From Vulcanimicrobiaceae bacterium (lineage in GTDB: Bacteria; Vulcanimicrobiota; Vulcanimicrobiia; Vulcanimicrobiales; Vulcanimicrobiaceae), in NCBI GenBank assembly GCA_035294905.1, contig DATGJX010000159.1, positions 1-63,371 on the forward strand: a stretch of 63,371 bases of DNA, read 5' to 3'. A program made the translations under genes and the position numbers. Position 1 is the stretch's first letter; each line of letters opens with the position of its first letter. The notes under the pieces were generated by a model. It saw only the letters and a program-made list of their open reading frames with translations. It ran no database searches and was not told where the DNA came from. Shown here in pieces: positions 1 through 9,541 of this stretch.

Positions 1-2
1 AG

Positions 3-512
3 TTGAACAAATATTATTTCAACGGCGAGGTGCCGGTGTGCCGAATTCGTTACAACGCGCGCTTTTCGAATTCTGCGGGGCGTATCACCTACAGCGAGAG
101 GCCGCTGCTCATCGAGTTGTCGCCCAAACATTTCAAGACGCAGCCGGAAGCGCTGCGTGAAACGCTGCTGCACGAAATGATTCACGCGTGGCTCTACGAT
201 CGCACGGGTGACACCGGGCACGGTGCGGATTTCCGCCGCAAAATGCGCGAATGCGGCATGACGTCCATCTATCACGATCTCGGCAACGTGCGTCCGTACA
301 ACGAGAGCGTGAAGCGCTACATTCTGCGCTGCGAGAAGTGCACGTTGGAGCTACTGCGCAGGCGTTTGCCCTCTGCCGCCATGAGTTGCGGACGCTGCAG
401 CAAGCGCGGTTACGATCCGCGCTTTCCGCTCACCGTCTTCGAAGTGTTGGAAACGCGGGAAGTCGGCTTGACCACCGGTACGAAACAAGCGGCCAGATCC
501 GGCCGTATATAA
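3..512 (+). CDS. SprT-like zinc metallopeptidase domain protein, probably 5'-truncated by the window edge
   Basis: HExxH motif (HEMIHAW). SprT-type N-terminal region (YFNGEVP..RIRYNARFSNSAGR). C-terminal CxxC..CxxC ribbon (CEKC, CGRC). Confidence 0.7.
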   Translation: MNKYYFNGEVPVCRIRYNARFSNSAGRITYSERPLLIELSPKHFKTQPEALRETLLHEMIHAWLYDRTGDTGHGADFRRKMRECGMTSIYHDLGNVRPYNESVKRYILRCEKCTLELLRRRLPSAAMSCGRCSKRGYDPRFPLTVFEVLETREVGLTTGTKQAARSGRI

Positions 513-536
513 CGGCAACCTTCAGGAGGGTGTATT

Positions 537-3170
537 TTGAGGAGCATCGCTGCAGCCGCACTAGCCAGTGCGGCGATTGCCTTATCCGCTGCGCCGGCCG
601 CGGCGCGCGTGAGCCCCGCTCAGGCACCGGGGCCGCTGCCCAAAACCGTCATCCCGCTGCGGTACGACATCCACGTCGCACCGGACACGACGACAATGAA
701 GATTGCCGGCGACGAACGCATCACGGTGCGCGTGCTGGCTCCGGTTCGCCGTATCGTTCTCAATCAATTGCAGAGCACGATTGCGTCTGCAACACTCGAC
801 GGCAAGCCCGTTGCGTCCACAGCCGTAAGCGAGAAGACGCAGACGGCGACGTTTACCTTTGCAAAGCCGGTCGCCGCCGGCGTGCACACGCTCGCGCTGC
901 GTTATACCGCGACGGTGCAGTCGACTTCGCAAGGCTTGTTCGTGCAAAAATATCTGGACGCCCAAGGCAAGCCGGCACGGATGATCGGCACGCAAATGGA
1001 GGCGGTGGATGCACGCCGCATGTTCCCGAGTTTCGACGAGCCGGTGTTCCGTTCGGTTTTTCACCTCACGGCCGACCTGCCCGCCGCGTGGACCGCGGTG
1101 TCGAATATGCCGGTCGAGCGTACAGTCAAGCTCTCAGGCGTCCTCAAACGCGTCAGTTTCGCTCCGACGCCGTTGATGCCGACCTACCTGCTCGTGCTGT
1201 GCGCCGGTGATTTCGACAAGCTCAGCGGATCCGCGAACGGCACCGCGGTGCACGTGTACGGCGTCAAGGGCAAAGGCCCGGAACTCCACTACGCGCTCGC
1301 TGCGCTCGAACGCTTGATTCCGTATTTCGAAGGATACTACGGCATCAAATTCCCGTTGCCGAAGCTCGATCTCGTCGCGATCCCGGGTTTTTTCGGCGGT
1401 GCGATGGAGAATTGGGGCGGCATGACGTTCAGCGAAGATACGGTCGTCTACAATCCGAAATTGCAGTCGCCGCTCACGCAGCGAGAAGTGTTCGACATCA
1501 TCGCGCACGAGACGTCCCACCAATGGAACGGCGATCTCGTGACGATGGCGTGGTGGGACGGCCTTTGGTTGAACGAAGGCTTCGCTACGTGGATGGAAAA
1601 CAAATCGACCGCAACGCTCAATCCGTCGTGGAATTGGACGTATGGCTTCGATGATGCGAACGACGGCACGATGGTGTCCGATGCACGGCGCACGACGCAT
1701 CCGGTGCAGATGCCCGTTCACAACGAGATCGAGGCGAACGAAGTTTTCGACGAACTCTCATACCAAAAAGCCGGTGCGTTCTTGCGCATGATGGAAACGT
1801 ACCTCGGTCCCGGCACGTTTCAAAAGGGGCTGCACCGGTACTTCGTTGCCAATGCGTACGGCAATACCGTTCCGTCGGATTTATGGACTTCGCTCTCCGC
1901 GGTTTCGCACACCGGCGTTGCGAGTATCTCAAATTCCTGGATCAACAAGCCCGGCTTTCCGGTCGTAGACGTGCGGGCCATTTGTTCGAACGGTAAACGT
2001 GCGCTGCATCTTACACAGCAGCGTTACACGTCCGATGGATCGCCGTCCGGATCGACGGTTTGGGCGATTCCGCTCAACGTCGAAGCCGCGCCGGGGCATT
2101 TCACTCCGTATTTATTCGATGCGCGCAGCACCGCCATACCGGGCGGTTCGTGCAGCTCGCCCCTGGTGCTCAACGGCAACGACATCGGTTACTTCCGAGT
2201 GGCGTACGATACGGCGTCGCAGCGCCTGCAGCAGCGGTTCTTGCGGACGCTCAGCGTTTCGGACCGTTTGGAATTACTCGACGACGCCTGGGTGTTTGCA
2301 GAGGACGGAAAGGCGAAGCTGGGAGACTTTCTTGCGTACATGAAGGCCGATTCCGGTGATACCGATCCGCACGTCGCCGGCGCGATGATCGGCGATCTCG
2401 GTTCGATGGAAGATTACGAGTACGGCAAGCCGGGCGAAGCCGCATACAAGCGCTACGGCATCGCGTATTTGAAGCCGGTATTGCGCGCGCTGGGCGGATG
2501 GGACGGCCCGCGCAACGATCCGGAACGCAACGCGCTTCGCGGCCGCATCCTGAGCGCGCTTGCGGAGGCGGGAGACGAAGACGCGATTGCTCAGGCACGC
2601 GCGCGTTTTGCAAACCTGAGTGCGCTCCCACCCGATGTGAAGAACACGGTTCTGGAAATCGTCGGACGCTACGCCGACGAGAAAACGTATGCGCAGCTGA
2701 TCCAGGCCGGAATGGCTTCGCGCAATCCGATTGAAATGCAGCAATACTTCCAGGCGGCGTTCACCGCCAAGGACCCTGCGCTGGCACAGAAGAGCCTGGA
2801 CATGTCGCTGCAACTTCCGCCGCAGTTCCAGTCGTTCGGACCCGTGATCGTTGCCATCGTCGGCCAAGACCATCCGGAAATGGCCTGGGCGTTTTTGCAG
2901 AAGAACACCGGCAAGCTGTTCGGAGGCATGAGCCTGTTCGACCGGCTGCCGTACGTGAGCGGGATCGCAGCGGCGTTCTGGCGCGGCGTTCCGGCCGACC
3001 AAATCGAGGCGTATCTCAAAGCCAATATGCCGGCCAGTGCCAAGCTCGACATCGACAAAGCGATGGAGTCGGTGCGGCTGAACCAGCAGCACCGGGAACG
3101 GCTTATTCCGCAGATCGACGCCTACGTTGCGACACAAGTCGCCGGCTCTTCGGGCACGGCAAGCAAGTAA
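537..3170 (+). CDS. pepN: M1-family aminopeptidase N with signal peptide
   Basis: GAMENWG exopeptidase motif and HETSHQWNGDLVTMAWWDGLWLNEGFA zinc site. AGGAGGG Shine-Dalgarno upstream of the TTG start. Ala-rich signal peptide. Confidence 0.9.
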   Translation: MRSIAAAALASAAIALSAAPAAARVSPAQAPGPLPKTVIPLRYDIHVAPDTTTMKIAGDERITVRVLAPVRRIVLNQLQSTIASATLDGKPVASTAVSEKTQTATFTFAKPVAAGVHTLALRYTATVQSTSQGLFVQKYLDAQGKPARMIGTQMEAVDARRMFPSFDEPVFRSVFHLTADLPAAWTAVSNMPVERTVKLSGVLKRVSFAPTPLMPTYLLVLCAGDFDKLSGSANGTAVHVYGVKGKGPELHYALAALERLIPYFEGYYGIKFPLPKLDLVAIPGFFGGAMENWGGMTFSEDTVVYNPKLQSPLTQREVFDIIAHETSHQWNGDLVTMAWWDGLWLNEGFATWMENKSTATLNPSWNWTYGFDDANDGTMVSDARRTTHPVQMPVHNEIEANEVFDELSYQKAGAFLRMMETYLGPGTFQKGLHRYFVANAYGNTVPSDLWTSLSAVSHTGVASISNSWINKPGFPVVDVRAICSNGKRALHLTQQRYTSDGSPSGSTVWAIPLNVEAAPGHFTPYLFDARSTAIPGGSCSSPLVLNGNDIGYFRVAYDTASQRLQQRFLRTLSVSDRLELLDDAWVFAEDGKAKLGDFLAYMKADSGDTDPHVAGAMIGDLGSMEDYEYGKPGEAAYKRYGIAYLKPVLRALGGWDGPRNDPERNALRGRILSALAEAGDEDAIAQARARFANLSALPPDVKNTVLEIVGRYADEKTYAQLIQAGMASRNPIEMQQYFQAAFTAKDPALAQKSLDMSLQLPPQFQSFGPVIVAIVGQDHPEMAWAFLQKNTGKLFGGMSLFDRLPYVSGIAAAFWRGVPADQIEAYLKANMPASAKLDIDKAMESVRLNQQHRERLIPQIDAYVATQVAGSSGTASK

Positions 3171-3266
3171 GCGCAGCCGACGGGCGTGGGGATCACACAA
3201 GATTGGTGGCCCTTCAGACGTTTATCCGGGCAGAACGGCGCTCCGTAGAGCGAAGATAACGGGGCA

Positions 3267-4697
3267 ATGACGACGACAAGCATTCCGACGAACGGGGCCA
3301 AGACGCGCGTCGAGTCCGACTCGATGGGCAAGATTGAAGTTCCCGCCGACAAGTATTACGGCGCGCAGTCGGCGCGCTCGCTCATCCATTTCGATATCGG
3401 CGAGGGCGACTGGCCGCGCGATATCATGCCTCGCCAAGTGATCAAAGCGATGGCCGTTTTGAAGAAGGCGTCCGCGCTGGTCAATCACGACCTCGGCAAG
3501 CTGGACAAAGAAAAAACCGACCTCATCGTCAAAGCGGCCGATGAAGTAGTGGCCGGCAAACTGAGCGCGCACTTTCCGCTGCGCGTGTGGCAGACCGGTT
3601 CCGGCACGCAAACGAACATGAACGTGAACGAAGTGATCTCGAATCGCGCGATCGAGATCGCCGGCGGCGAGATGGGCAGCAAAAAGCCGATCCATCCGAA
3701 CGATCACGTCAACATGTCGCAGTCTTCGAACGACACGTTCCCGACGGCGATGCACATGGCAGCGGCCGAGGCAATCGTCGACATGCTGCCTGCCGTGCAG
3801 AAACTGCGCGACGCGCTGCATCAGAAGGCGCAGCAGTGGCAGCATATCGTGAAGGTCGGCCGCACGCATCTGCAGGATGCCACGCCGCTCACGCTCGGTC
3901 AGGAGTTTTCAGGCTACGTCACCCAGCTCGATCGCGCAATGCACGCAATCAAAGCTGCGCTCGACCCACTGTACGATCTCGCGATTGGCGGCACAGCGGT
4001 CGGAACGGGCCTCAATGCGCATCCCGAGTTCGGTGAGCGTACAGCGAAGAAGATCGCGGAACTCACGGGCCTGCCGTTCCGCTCGCACCCCAACAAGTTC
4101 ACGGCGCTCGCATCGCACGACGACTTCGTCTTCGCTTCGGGCGCGCTCAAGACGCTGGCCGCGGCGCTGATGAAGATCGCAAATGACATTCGGTGGCTTG
4201 CATCCGGTCCGCGCGCGGGTATCGGCGAGTTGACGCTTCCGGAGAACGAACCGGGCTCGTCCATCATGCCCGGCAAGGTGAATCCGACGCAGTCGGAAGC
4301 GATGACGATGGTCGTGGCGCAGGTCTACGGCAACGATACGGCTATCGCGTTCGGCGCCTCACAAGGCAACTTCGAGCTCAACGTCTTCAACCCGGTGATG
4401 ATCTATAATTTCCTGCACTCGTGCAATCTGCTGCGCGACACGTGCACGATGTTCCGCGAACACGCCGTGGATGGGCTCGAGGCCAACGAAGAAACCATCT
4501 CAACGTATTTGAACGAGTCGCTCATGACGGTGACGGCGCTCTCGCCGAAGATCGGATACGACAAAGCCGCCGAGATCGCCAAACACGCGCATCACAACAA
4601 GACGACGCTCAAAGAGGCCGCCGTCAAACTCGGCCACGTCACTCCCGAAGAATTCGACAAATACGTCGTCCCCAAAGAAATGACATACCCAAAGTAA
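3267..4697 (+). CDS. fumC: class II fumarate hydratase
   Basis: [16 protein letters not shown] signature (the TQ(C/S)EA form is typical of FumC rather than AspA). Full-length 476 aa. Confidence 0.9.
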   Translation: MTTTSIPTNGAKTRVESDSMGKIEVPADKYYGAQSARSLIHFDIGEGDWPRDIMPRQVIKAMAVLKKASALVNHDLGKLDKEKTDLIVKAADEVVAGKLSAHFPLRVWQTGSGTQTNMNVNEVISNRAIEIAGGEMGSKKPIHPNDHVNMSQSSNDTFPTAMHMAAAEAIVDMLPAVQKLRDALHQKAQQWQHIVKVGRTHLQDATPLTLGQEFSGYVTQLDRAMHAIKAALDPLYDLAIGGTAVGTGLNAHPEFGERTAKKIAELTGLPFRSHPNKFTALASHDDFVFASGALKTLAAALMKIANDIRWLASGPRAGIGELTLPENEPGSSIMPGKVNPTQSEAMTMVVAQVYGNDTAIAFGASQGNFELNVFNPVMIYNFLHSCNLLRDTCTMFREHAVDGLEANEETISTYLNESLMTVTALSPKIGYDKAAEIAKHAHHNKTTLKEAAVKLGHVTPEEFDKYVVPKEMTYPK

Positions 4698-4709
4698 TGT
4701 AAGAATGAA

Positions 4710-4741
4710 AAGCCGCGACTGTTTGCCGCGGCTTATTTTTT
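4710..4741 (+). terminator. rho-independent terminator after fumC
   Basis: 8-bp stem aagccgcg/cgcggctt with a 9-nt loop, followed by a T-run (atttttt). Confidence 0.75.
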
Positions 4742-4810
4742 GTAATCGCTATTGGCACGCAACGCCTAAGGCGCGCCGTGCAGCGCGGAGCGCGGATACG
4801 CCTGTTAAAT

Positions 4811-4843
4811 GGAAACGGCCCGCCTCCCCTGCGGGCCGTTTCC
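4811..4843 (-). terminator. perfect 13-bp hairpin, likely terminator for minus-strand transcripts (small ORF or hpnK-hpnI)
   Basis: ggaaacggcccgc / ctcccct / gcgggccgtttcc. Lies 34 nt past the stop of the minus-strand small ORF. Weak U-tract. Confidence 0.45.
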
Positions 4844-4876
4844 ATAGGTGCGCCGCCGTTGCGGCGACACAAGATT

Positions 4877-5068
4877 TTAGTTCTCGCGAATCAGTACGCT
4901 GGCATAGGTCGGCCGAATGCCCGACCAGATCTTTTCGTTCCAGCGATCCGAGGCCGAACGCTCAAGACTGTACAAGTCGAGCATCCAGTCATTGAAAAAC
5001 GAGTCATCGGTATCGAGGGCTACCAAGGTCCGTCCACTCATCATGTCGCGTCCTTCCGTGTTGTCCAT
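4877..5068 (-). CDS. small hypothetical protein (63 aa, or 55 aa from the internal MM start)
   Basis: Only open frame in the 450-nt fumC/hpnI spacer. GGAAGGA Shine-Dalgarno 7 nt before the ATGATG at 5044. No recognisable motif. Confidence 0.35.
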   Translation of the reverse strand: MDNTEGRDMMSGRTLVALDTDDSFFNDWMLDLYSLERSASDRWNEKIWSGIRPTYASVLIREN

Positions 5069-5145
5069 TCACCGTTTCATATCGACAATCCGACAGCGGA
5101 CTTGCGCGAACATTGGGTCCTTCGCCCTAATGGTATACGCAATCG

Positions 5146-6303
5146 TTACATTTCTTGCGTCCCGACTGCCATTCGCCCGCCTGGACGAAGACGATAAGCA
5201 TCGCTTTTCCAGTGCACCCGCGAGCCGAAGAACGCGCTGACCCAGACACCCAGACCGAAGACGTCCCGAAGCGGAATGAGCCACGGCGTTGCACGCGTCT
5301 GAGGCGCAAATGCGATGCGGCTTTCGTAGTGCAGCCACACACGCAGTGTTGCAGCCAGCATCAACATCGCGGCCGAAAACGGTGTAGGCGAAAGCGCTGC
5401 ACATGCGGCGGCAAACGGCAGCGCATACGTAACGATCGAACCGGCATATCCCGCCGGCCGTTGCCCGAGAATCGCGCGCGACCAACGTTGCTCATGCCGC
5501 CACAGCGCCGTCAGCGTGTCGTCGGACACGCACGTCTGCACCGCGTACGGAACCAATGCAACGCGATATCCCGCTTCCGTAACGCGTTTACCGAGCAGGT
5601 AATCGTCGGCCAAATGATCCGCAAGCGCCTCGAGTCCGCCGATAAGCTCGAGCACTTCGCTGCGTACGGCCATCGTCGCGCCGAAGCAATACGTCAGCGG
5701 CTCCAGCGCGCCGGCCACCACCACCGATGGTGCGAACTGATCGTTCACGTGCATGGCGCCCAAATGCGATGCAGCCGTGCCGTTCGGAACGCCGCCGTAA
5801 ATGCACGTCGCCGCGCCGACTCGCGGATCGTCAAAGCAACCCGCGAGCGTGTGCAGGTACGCGCGTCCCACGCGTATATCGCTGTCCGCGATTGCGACGA
5901 GCGGATAGCGCGCGCGGCCGATCATGCCCAAGAGGTTGCCGATCTTCGGGTTGCCCGCGGCTGCGGCGCTTCCGGCGGCGATTTCGATCTCGCGATCCGG
6001 GAAGCGCTCCTTGACGGCGCGTGCCACGGCAAGAGCCGGATCGTTCGGATCAGCCGCGCCGAAAATCACTTGGTACTGCGGATAGTCCTGATCGCAAAAC
6101 GAGCACAGGTTCTCGAAGAGCTGCGGTTCCGCGCCGAAAAGCGGTTTGAGAATACTCACCGGAGTCGTCGAGCGCGGCGACGGATGGGCGGCAGCGGCGC
6201 GGAACCGCCGCACGCGTGCGATGGCAATGGCTGTGTAGGCGATACCCGCGACCGCAAGCGAACCTGACGCGACCGCCAGCAGCTTTGCGATGCTACTCGC
6301 CAT
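5146..6303 (-). CDS. hpnI: hopanoid-associated GT2 glycosyltransferase HpnI (ceramide glucosyltransferase-like)
   Basis: N-terminal TM helix followed by VSILKPLFGAEPQLFENLCSFCDQDYPQYQVIFG. Sits in the hopanoid cluster next to a YdjC-type gene. The ORF is open to 6354; the ATG at 6303 is preferred. Confidence 0.75.
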   Translation of the reverse strand: MASSIAKLLAVASGSLAVAGIAYTAIAIARVRRFRAAAAHPSPRSTTPVSILKPLFGAEPQLFENLCSFCDQDYPQYQVIFGAADPNDPALAVARAVKERFPDREIEIAAGSAAAAGNPKIGNLLGMIGRARYPLVAIADSDIRVGRAYLHTLAGCFDDPRVGAATCIYGGVPNGTAASHLGAMHVNDQFAPSVVVAGALEPLTYCFGATMAVRSEVLELIGGLEALADHLADDYLLGKRVTEAGYRVALVPYAVQTCVSDDTLTALWRHEQRWSRAILGQRPAGYAGSIVTYALPFAAACAALSPTPFSAAMLMLAATLRVWLHYESRIAFAPQTRATPWLIPLRDVFGLGVWVSAFFGSRVHWKSDAYRLRPGGRMAVGTQEM

Positions 6304-7219
6304 GCGCCGCCAACTCGCTAAAGGTAATCGGGCGGACGTCCGATCGCCGTGCAAGTTCGATCACGCCCGGGTCGACGAGCGCTGCAAACTCCCCCGCGAA
6401 ATCGTAGTCCGGCGGAAACGCCTGCGGCCACGAGCTGGTGGCCGGATGCACGTAGAGTTCGGAGGTGCCTTCAGGCAGATGCGCGAGGAACTTGCGTACG
6501 CGCTGCGGCGTCATATGCCCGGTGTCGTTCATGCCGAAGACGTAGTCGTTCGTCGCGATGCCGGAAAGCCGTAAGCGCAGACGCATCAGCGAAAGCCAAG
6601 GCAGGAGAAATGCGGCATTCGCGAAGCGCGCCGCGCCGTACGTGCCCATTGCGCGCCACGAAGGCCAAAACGGCTCGCGCGGAATGCGGATCGCGCGCAT
6701 GCCGTAGTCGCGTCCGAGCTTCACGATGAGAGAAAGAACCGTCGGATGCACGTGAAAATGGTTTTGCGCATTCACGTGATCCAGCGGCAAACCCGTCGCT
6801 TTGAAGCGTTCGAACTGTGCGCGAATCTCCGCTTCCAATTCGTTGCGGACGCCCGGGGTGAAAAAGTACTTCACGCCCGCGCGAAACAAATCGCTCTCGA
6901 AATTTCCGCTGCGGTTCACGACGCGCGGTATGCGCTCGGGTGGAAGTGCGGGAGTTCCGTTCACGAGCACCACGTGCAAACCGACGCGCAAGGTCGGCAA
7001 ACGTCGCGCCCGTTCGACGGCATCCGCAGTGGCCGGCGCCGCAACCATGAGACTGGCCGTCGAGAGAATGCCCTCGCGGTGCCCGCGTTCCACCGCCTCG
7101 TTCACTTCTCGGGCAAGGCCGAAGTCGTCGGCCGTAACGATGAGCTGCCGCATGCTCCGGACTAGATGCGCGAAAGGATAGCGCTGTGCCTCGAAGGCAA
7201 CGGTGACCTGTGCAGCCAA
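6293..7219 (-). CDS. hpnK: YdjC-family deacetylase HpnK
   Basis: LIVTADDFGLAREVNEAV..GILSTASLMV YdjC N-terminal motif. Paired with hpnI. Alternative ATG start at 7153. Confidence 0.75.
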   Translation of the reverse strand: MAAQVTVAFEAQRYPFAHLVRSMRQLIVTADDFGLAREVNEAVERGHREGILSTASLMVAAPATADAVERARRLPTLRVGLHVVLVNGTPALPPERIPRVVNRSGNFESDLFRAGVKYFFTPGVRNELEAEIRAQFERFKATGLPLDHVNAQNHFHVHPTVLSLIVKLGRDYGMRAIRIPREPFWPSWRAMGTYGAARFANAAFLLPWLSLMRLRLRLSGIATNDYVFGMNDTGHMTPQRVRKFLAHLPEGTSELYVHPATSSWPQAFPPDYDFAGEFAALVDPGVIELARRSDVRPITFSELAAHGE

Positions 7220-7322
7220 GCGCTCCTACCCGTTGCGCCTTGTGTAGTGAAGCAACCGGGTGGGAACGTTACCCAAAGTAAGCCGACGCCAGAAGTAGGA
7301 GCAGACCATACACCCTGATTCA

Positions 7323-8372
7323 GTGCGCCGGGCGAAGGCGCGTGCCGCCGCGGGCAACGCGGACGTCGAGCCGCTCTTGCTGAGCCGTCATCGTTCGCGT
7401 ATCTCGGAGTACATGCGCGAGCGTGCGCTGCCGTTCTCCTGGCTGTCCGGCAAGATGGTCGCCTACCACATGGGCTGGGCGGATGAAGCAGGACGTCCGC
7501 ACGCGGTCAAAACCGGCAAGCTGATCCGCCCGAGCCTCTGCCTGTGGGCATGCTCGGCGATTGGGTCGGACATTGCCGCGGCGCTGCCGGCGGCTGCTGC
7601 GATTGAATGGTTTCACAACTTCACACTAGTCCATGACGACATTCAGGACGACGATCGCCGCCGCCACGGCCGCGAAACGGTCTGGTCCCTGTGGGGCATT
7701 CCGCAGGGCATCAACGCGGGCGATGCGATGCAGGCGCTCGCGTTTCTCTCGATGGCGCGCGATGGAGAGCATCCCGATCGCGCGATTCGCGCGATTGCGG
7801 CGATCGCTTCCGCCGGTCTTACGGTGATTGAAGGGCAGTGCCTCGATCTCGAACTCGAAGGACAAGTCGATACGACGCTGCGCGCGTATTTGCGCATGGT
7901 TGCGGCAAAAACCGGCGCGCTGCTCGGCGCCAGCGTCGAAGCCGGCGCACTTCTGGCCGGAGCGGATGAGACAACGGGGGCGCAGTTCCGTCGCGCCGGG
8001 CGATTGCTCGGCACGGCATTTCAGATTCGCGACGATTGGCTCGGAATGTACGGCGATCCGTCCGTTACCGGAAAATCGAGCAGCGGCGACGCGAGCCGTT
8101 ACAAGATGACGTTCCCCGTGGTCGCGGGATTGCGGGCGATGTCTACGCTCCAGCGCCGGCGTCTGCGCGAGATATTCCGCGCCCGGCACGAGGATCCGGA
8201 GCCCAAGCTTCGTGCTCTGCTCGATGAAGTGGGATGCAACCAGATCACGCGCGAAGCTGCTCAACGGTATGCCGAAAAGGCGGTGAACGTCATCGCGCGC
8301 ACCGGCGTCGATGCCGATGCGCTCGAAGCGTTCCAGGAAGTGGCCTATTATGTTGCGACACGTTCTCGCTGA
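7323..8372 (+). CDS. polyprenyl (farnesyl/geranylgeranyl) diphosphate synthase
   Basis: First Asp-rich motif LVHDDIQDDD and second Asp-rich motif QIRDDWLG. GKLIRPSL. Confidence 0.85.
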   Translation: MRRAKARAAAGNADVEPLLLSRHRSRISEYMRERALPFSWLSGKMVAYHMGWADEAGRPHAVKTGKLIRPSLCLWACSAIGSDIAAALPAAAAIEWFHNFTLVHDDIQDDDRRRHGRETVWSLWGIPQGINAGDAMQALAFLSMARDGEHPDRAIRAIAAIASAGLTVIEGQCLDLELEGQVDTTLRAYLRMVAAKTGALLGASVEAGALLAGADETTGAQFRRAGRLLGTAFQIRDDWLGMYGDPSVTGKSSSGDASRYKMTFPVVAGLRAMSTLQRRRLREIFRARHEDPEPKLRALLDEVGCNQITREAAQRYAEKAVNVIARTGVDADALEAFQEVAYYVATRSR

Positions 8373-9541
8373 CTGGTCGCTGCGCAAGGGGGCCGAAGGC
8401 CGGGGGCCCCACGCCCCTTCGACAAGCTCAGGAGTGTGGGGGGCGTGCGGCGCGGAGCGCGGATACGCCTTTTCAAAAGAGGTGGCCTATTACGTCGCAA
8501 CTCGATCGCGATAGCGGGACGTCCTCGCGCAAGTCCGATCACATTCGTATCAACGTAGAACGTGACGTCGCAAGCAAAGGGGTCTCGAGCGGCTTCGAAG
8601 CCTACCGGCTGATCAATTGCGCGTTGCCCGAGATCGATCTTGCCGACGTGGACACGTCGTGCGCGCTGTTCGGACGAGCGCTGCGGGCACCGCTGCTCAT
8701 ATCGTGCATGACGGGCGGCACGCCGGAAGCGCGCGCGATCAATCGTGTGCTCGCGCGCGTCGCGCAAGAGCACGGCCTGGCAATGGGGCTGGGTTCGGCG
8801 CGGGCTTTACTCGAGGCACCGCAGTTGCTGGACACGTTTGCCGTGCGCGACGTAGCGCCGGATATCGCATTGCTTGCAAATCTCGGAGCCGTTCAGCTCA
8901 ACAAGGGTTACGGCGTCGAAGAGTGCCGCCGTCTGGTCGACATGCTGCAAGCGGATGCGCTGGTGTTGCATTTGAACGCGGTGCAGGAAGCCGTGCAGCC
9001 TGAAGGCGACACGTGCTTTCGCGATCTGATTCGAAAGATCGGCGTCGTATGTAAGAATCTCGGAGCGCCCGTGGTCGTCAAAGAAGTGGGTTGGGGTATT
9101 GCGCCGCACGAGGTGCGCGCGCTTTTCGACGTAGGCGCGGCGGCGATCGATCTTGCCGGCGCAGGCGGCACGTCGTGGAGCGAAGTGGAGCGCTACCGCA
9201 TCGCGGAGCCATGGCGTGCGAACGTCGCCGCCGCATTCGCGGGCTGGGGTATTCCGACGGCGGAATGCGTGCGCGGTGCAACGCAGGTTCATCCGCGCGG
9301 GTTCATCATCGCAAGTGGTGGAATCGCGGGAGGTATGGACGTGGTGAAGGCGCTCGCGCTCGGTGCCGATTTCGCCGGCATTGCGGGTCCGTTTTTGCGC
9401 GCGGCCGCACAAGGGTACGAAGCGGCATCGACGCTTGCACGCGAAATAGTCGAAGTGCTGCGCATAGCGATGTTCGCGCTCGGCGAACCGACGCTTGCGA
9501 GGCTGCATTCCACAAAGCGGATCGTCCGTGAACGAGATTGA
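8234..9541 (+). CDS. fni: type 2 isopentenyl-diphosphate delta-isomerase (FMN-dependent); true start uncertain
   Basis: RKSDHIRIN (from 8528), LISCMTGG, VVKEVGWGI, GAGGTSWSEVE. The only canonical in-frame start is the ATG at 8234, which would add about 95 Arg-rich residues read through the synthase tail and the repeat. Confidence 0.8.
   Translation: MQPDHARSCSTVCRKGGERHRAHRRRCRCARSVPGSGLLCCDTFSLTGRCARGPKAGGPTPLRQAQECGGRAARSADTPFQKRWPITSQLDRDSGTSSRKSDHIRINVERDVASKGVSSGFEAYRLINCALPEIDLADVDTSCALFGRALRAPLLISCMTGGTPEARAINRVLARVAQEHGLAMGLGSARALLEAPQLLDTFAVRDVAPDIALLANLGAVQLNKGYGVEECRRLVDMLQADALVLHLNAVQEAVQPEGDTCFRDLIRKIGVVCKNLGAPVVVKEVGWGIAPHEVRALFDVGAAAIDLAGAGGTSWSEVERYRIAEPWRANVAAAFAGWGIPTAECVRGATQVHPRGFIIASGGIAGGMDVVKALALGADFAGIAGPFLRAAAQGYEAASTLAREIVEVLRIAMFALGEPTLARLHSTKRIVRERD
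8373..8478. repeat. 106-nt insertion built from dispersed repeat boxes
   Basis: 8414-8433 ccccttcgacaagctcagga is the reverse complement of the GTCATCCTGAG..GTCGAAGGGG box. 8450-8469 gcgcggagcgcggatacgcc is identical to 4783-4802. GC-rich nested hairpins at 8386-8420. Confidence 0.7.
8479..8514 (+). pseudogene. relic copy of the polyprenyl synthase 3' end (EVAYYVATRSR*)
   Basis: Encodes the same 11 residues plus stop as 8337-8372. 9 of 36 nt differ, all at silent third positions. Confidence 0.7.
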
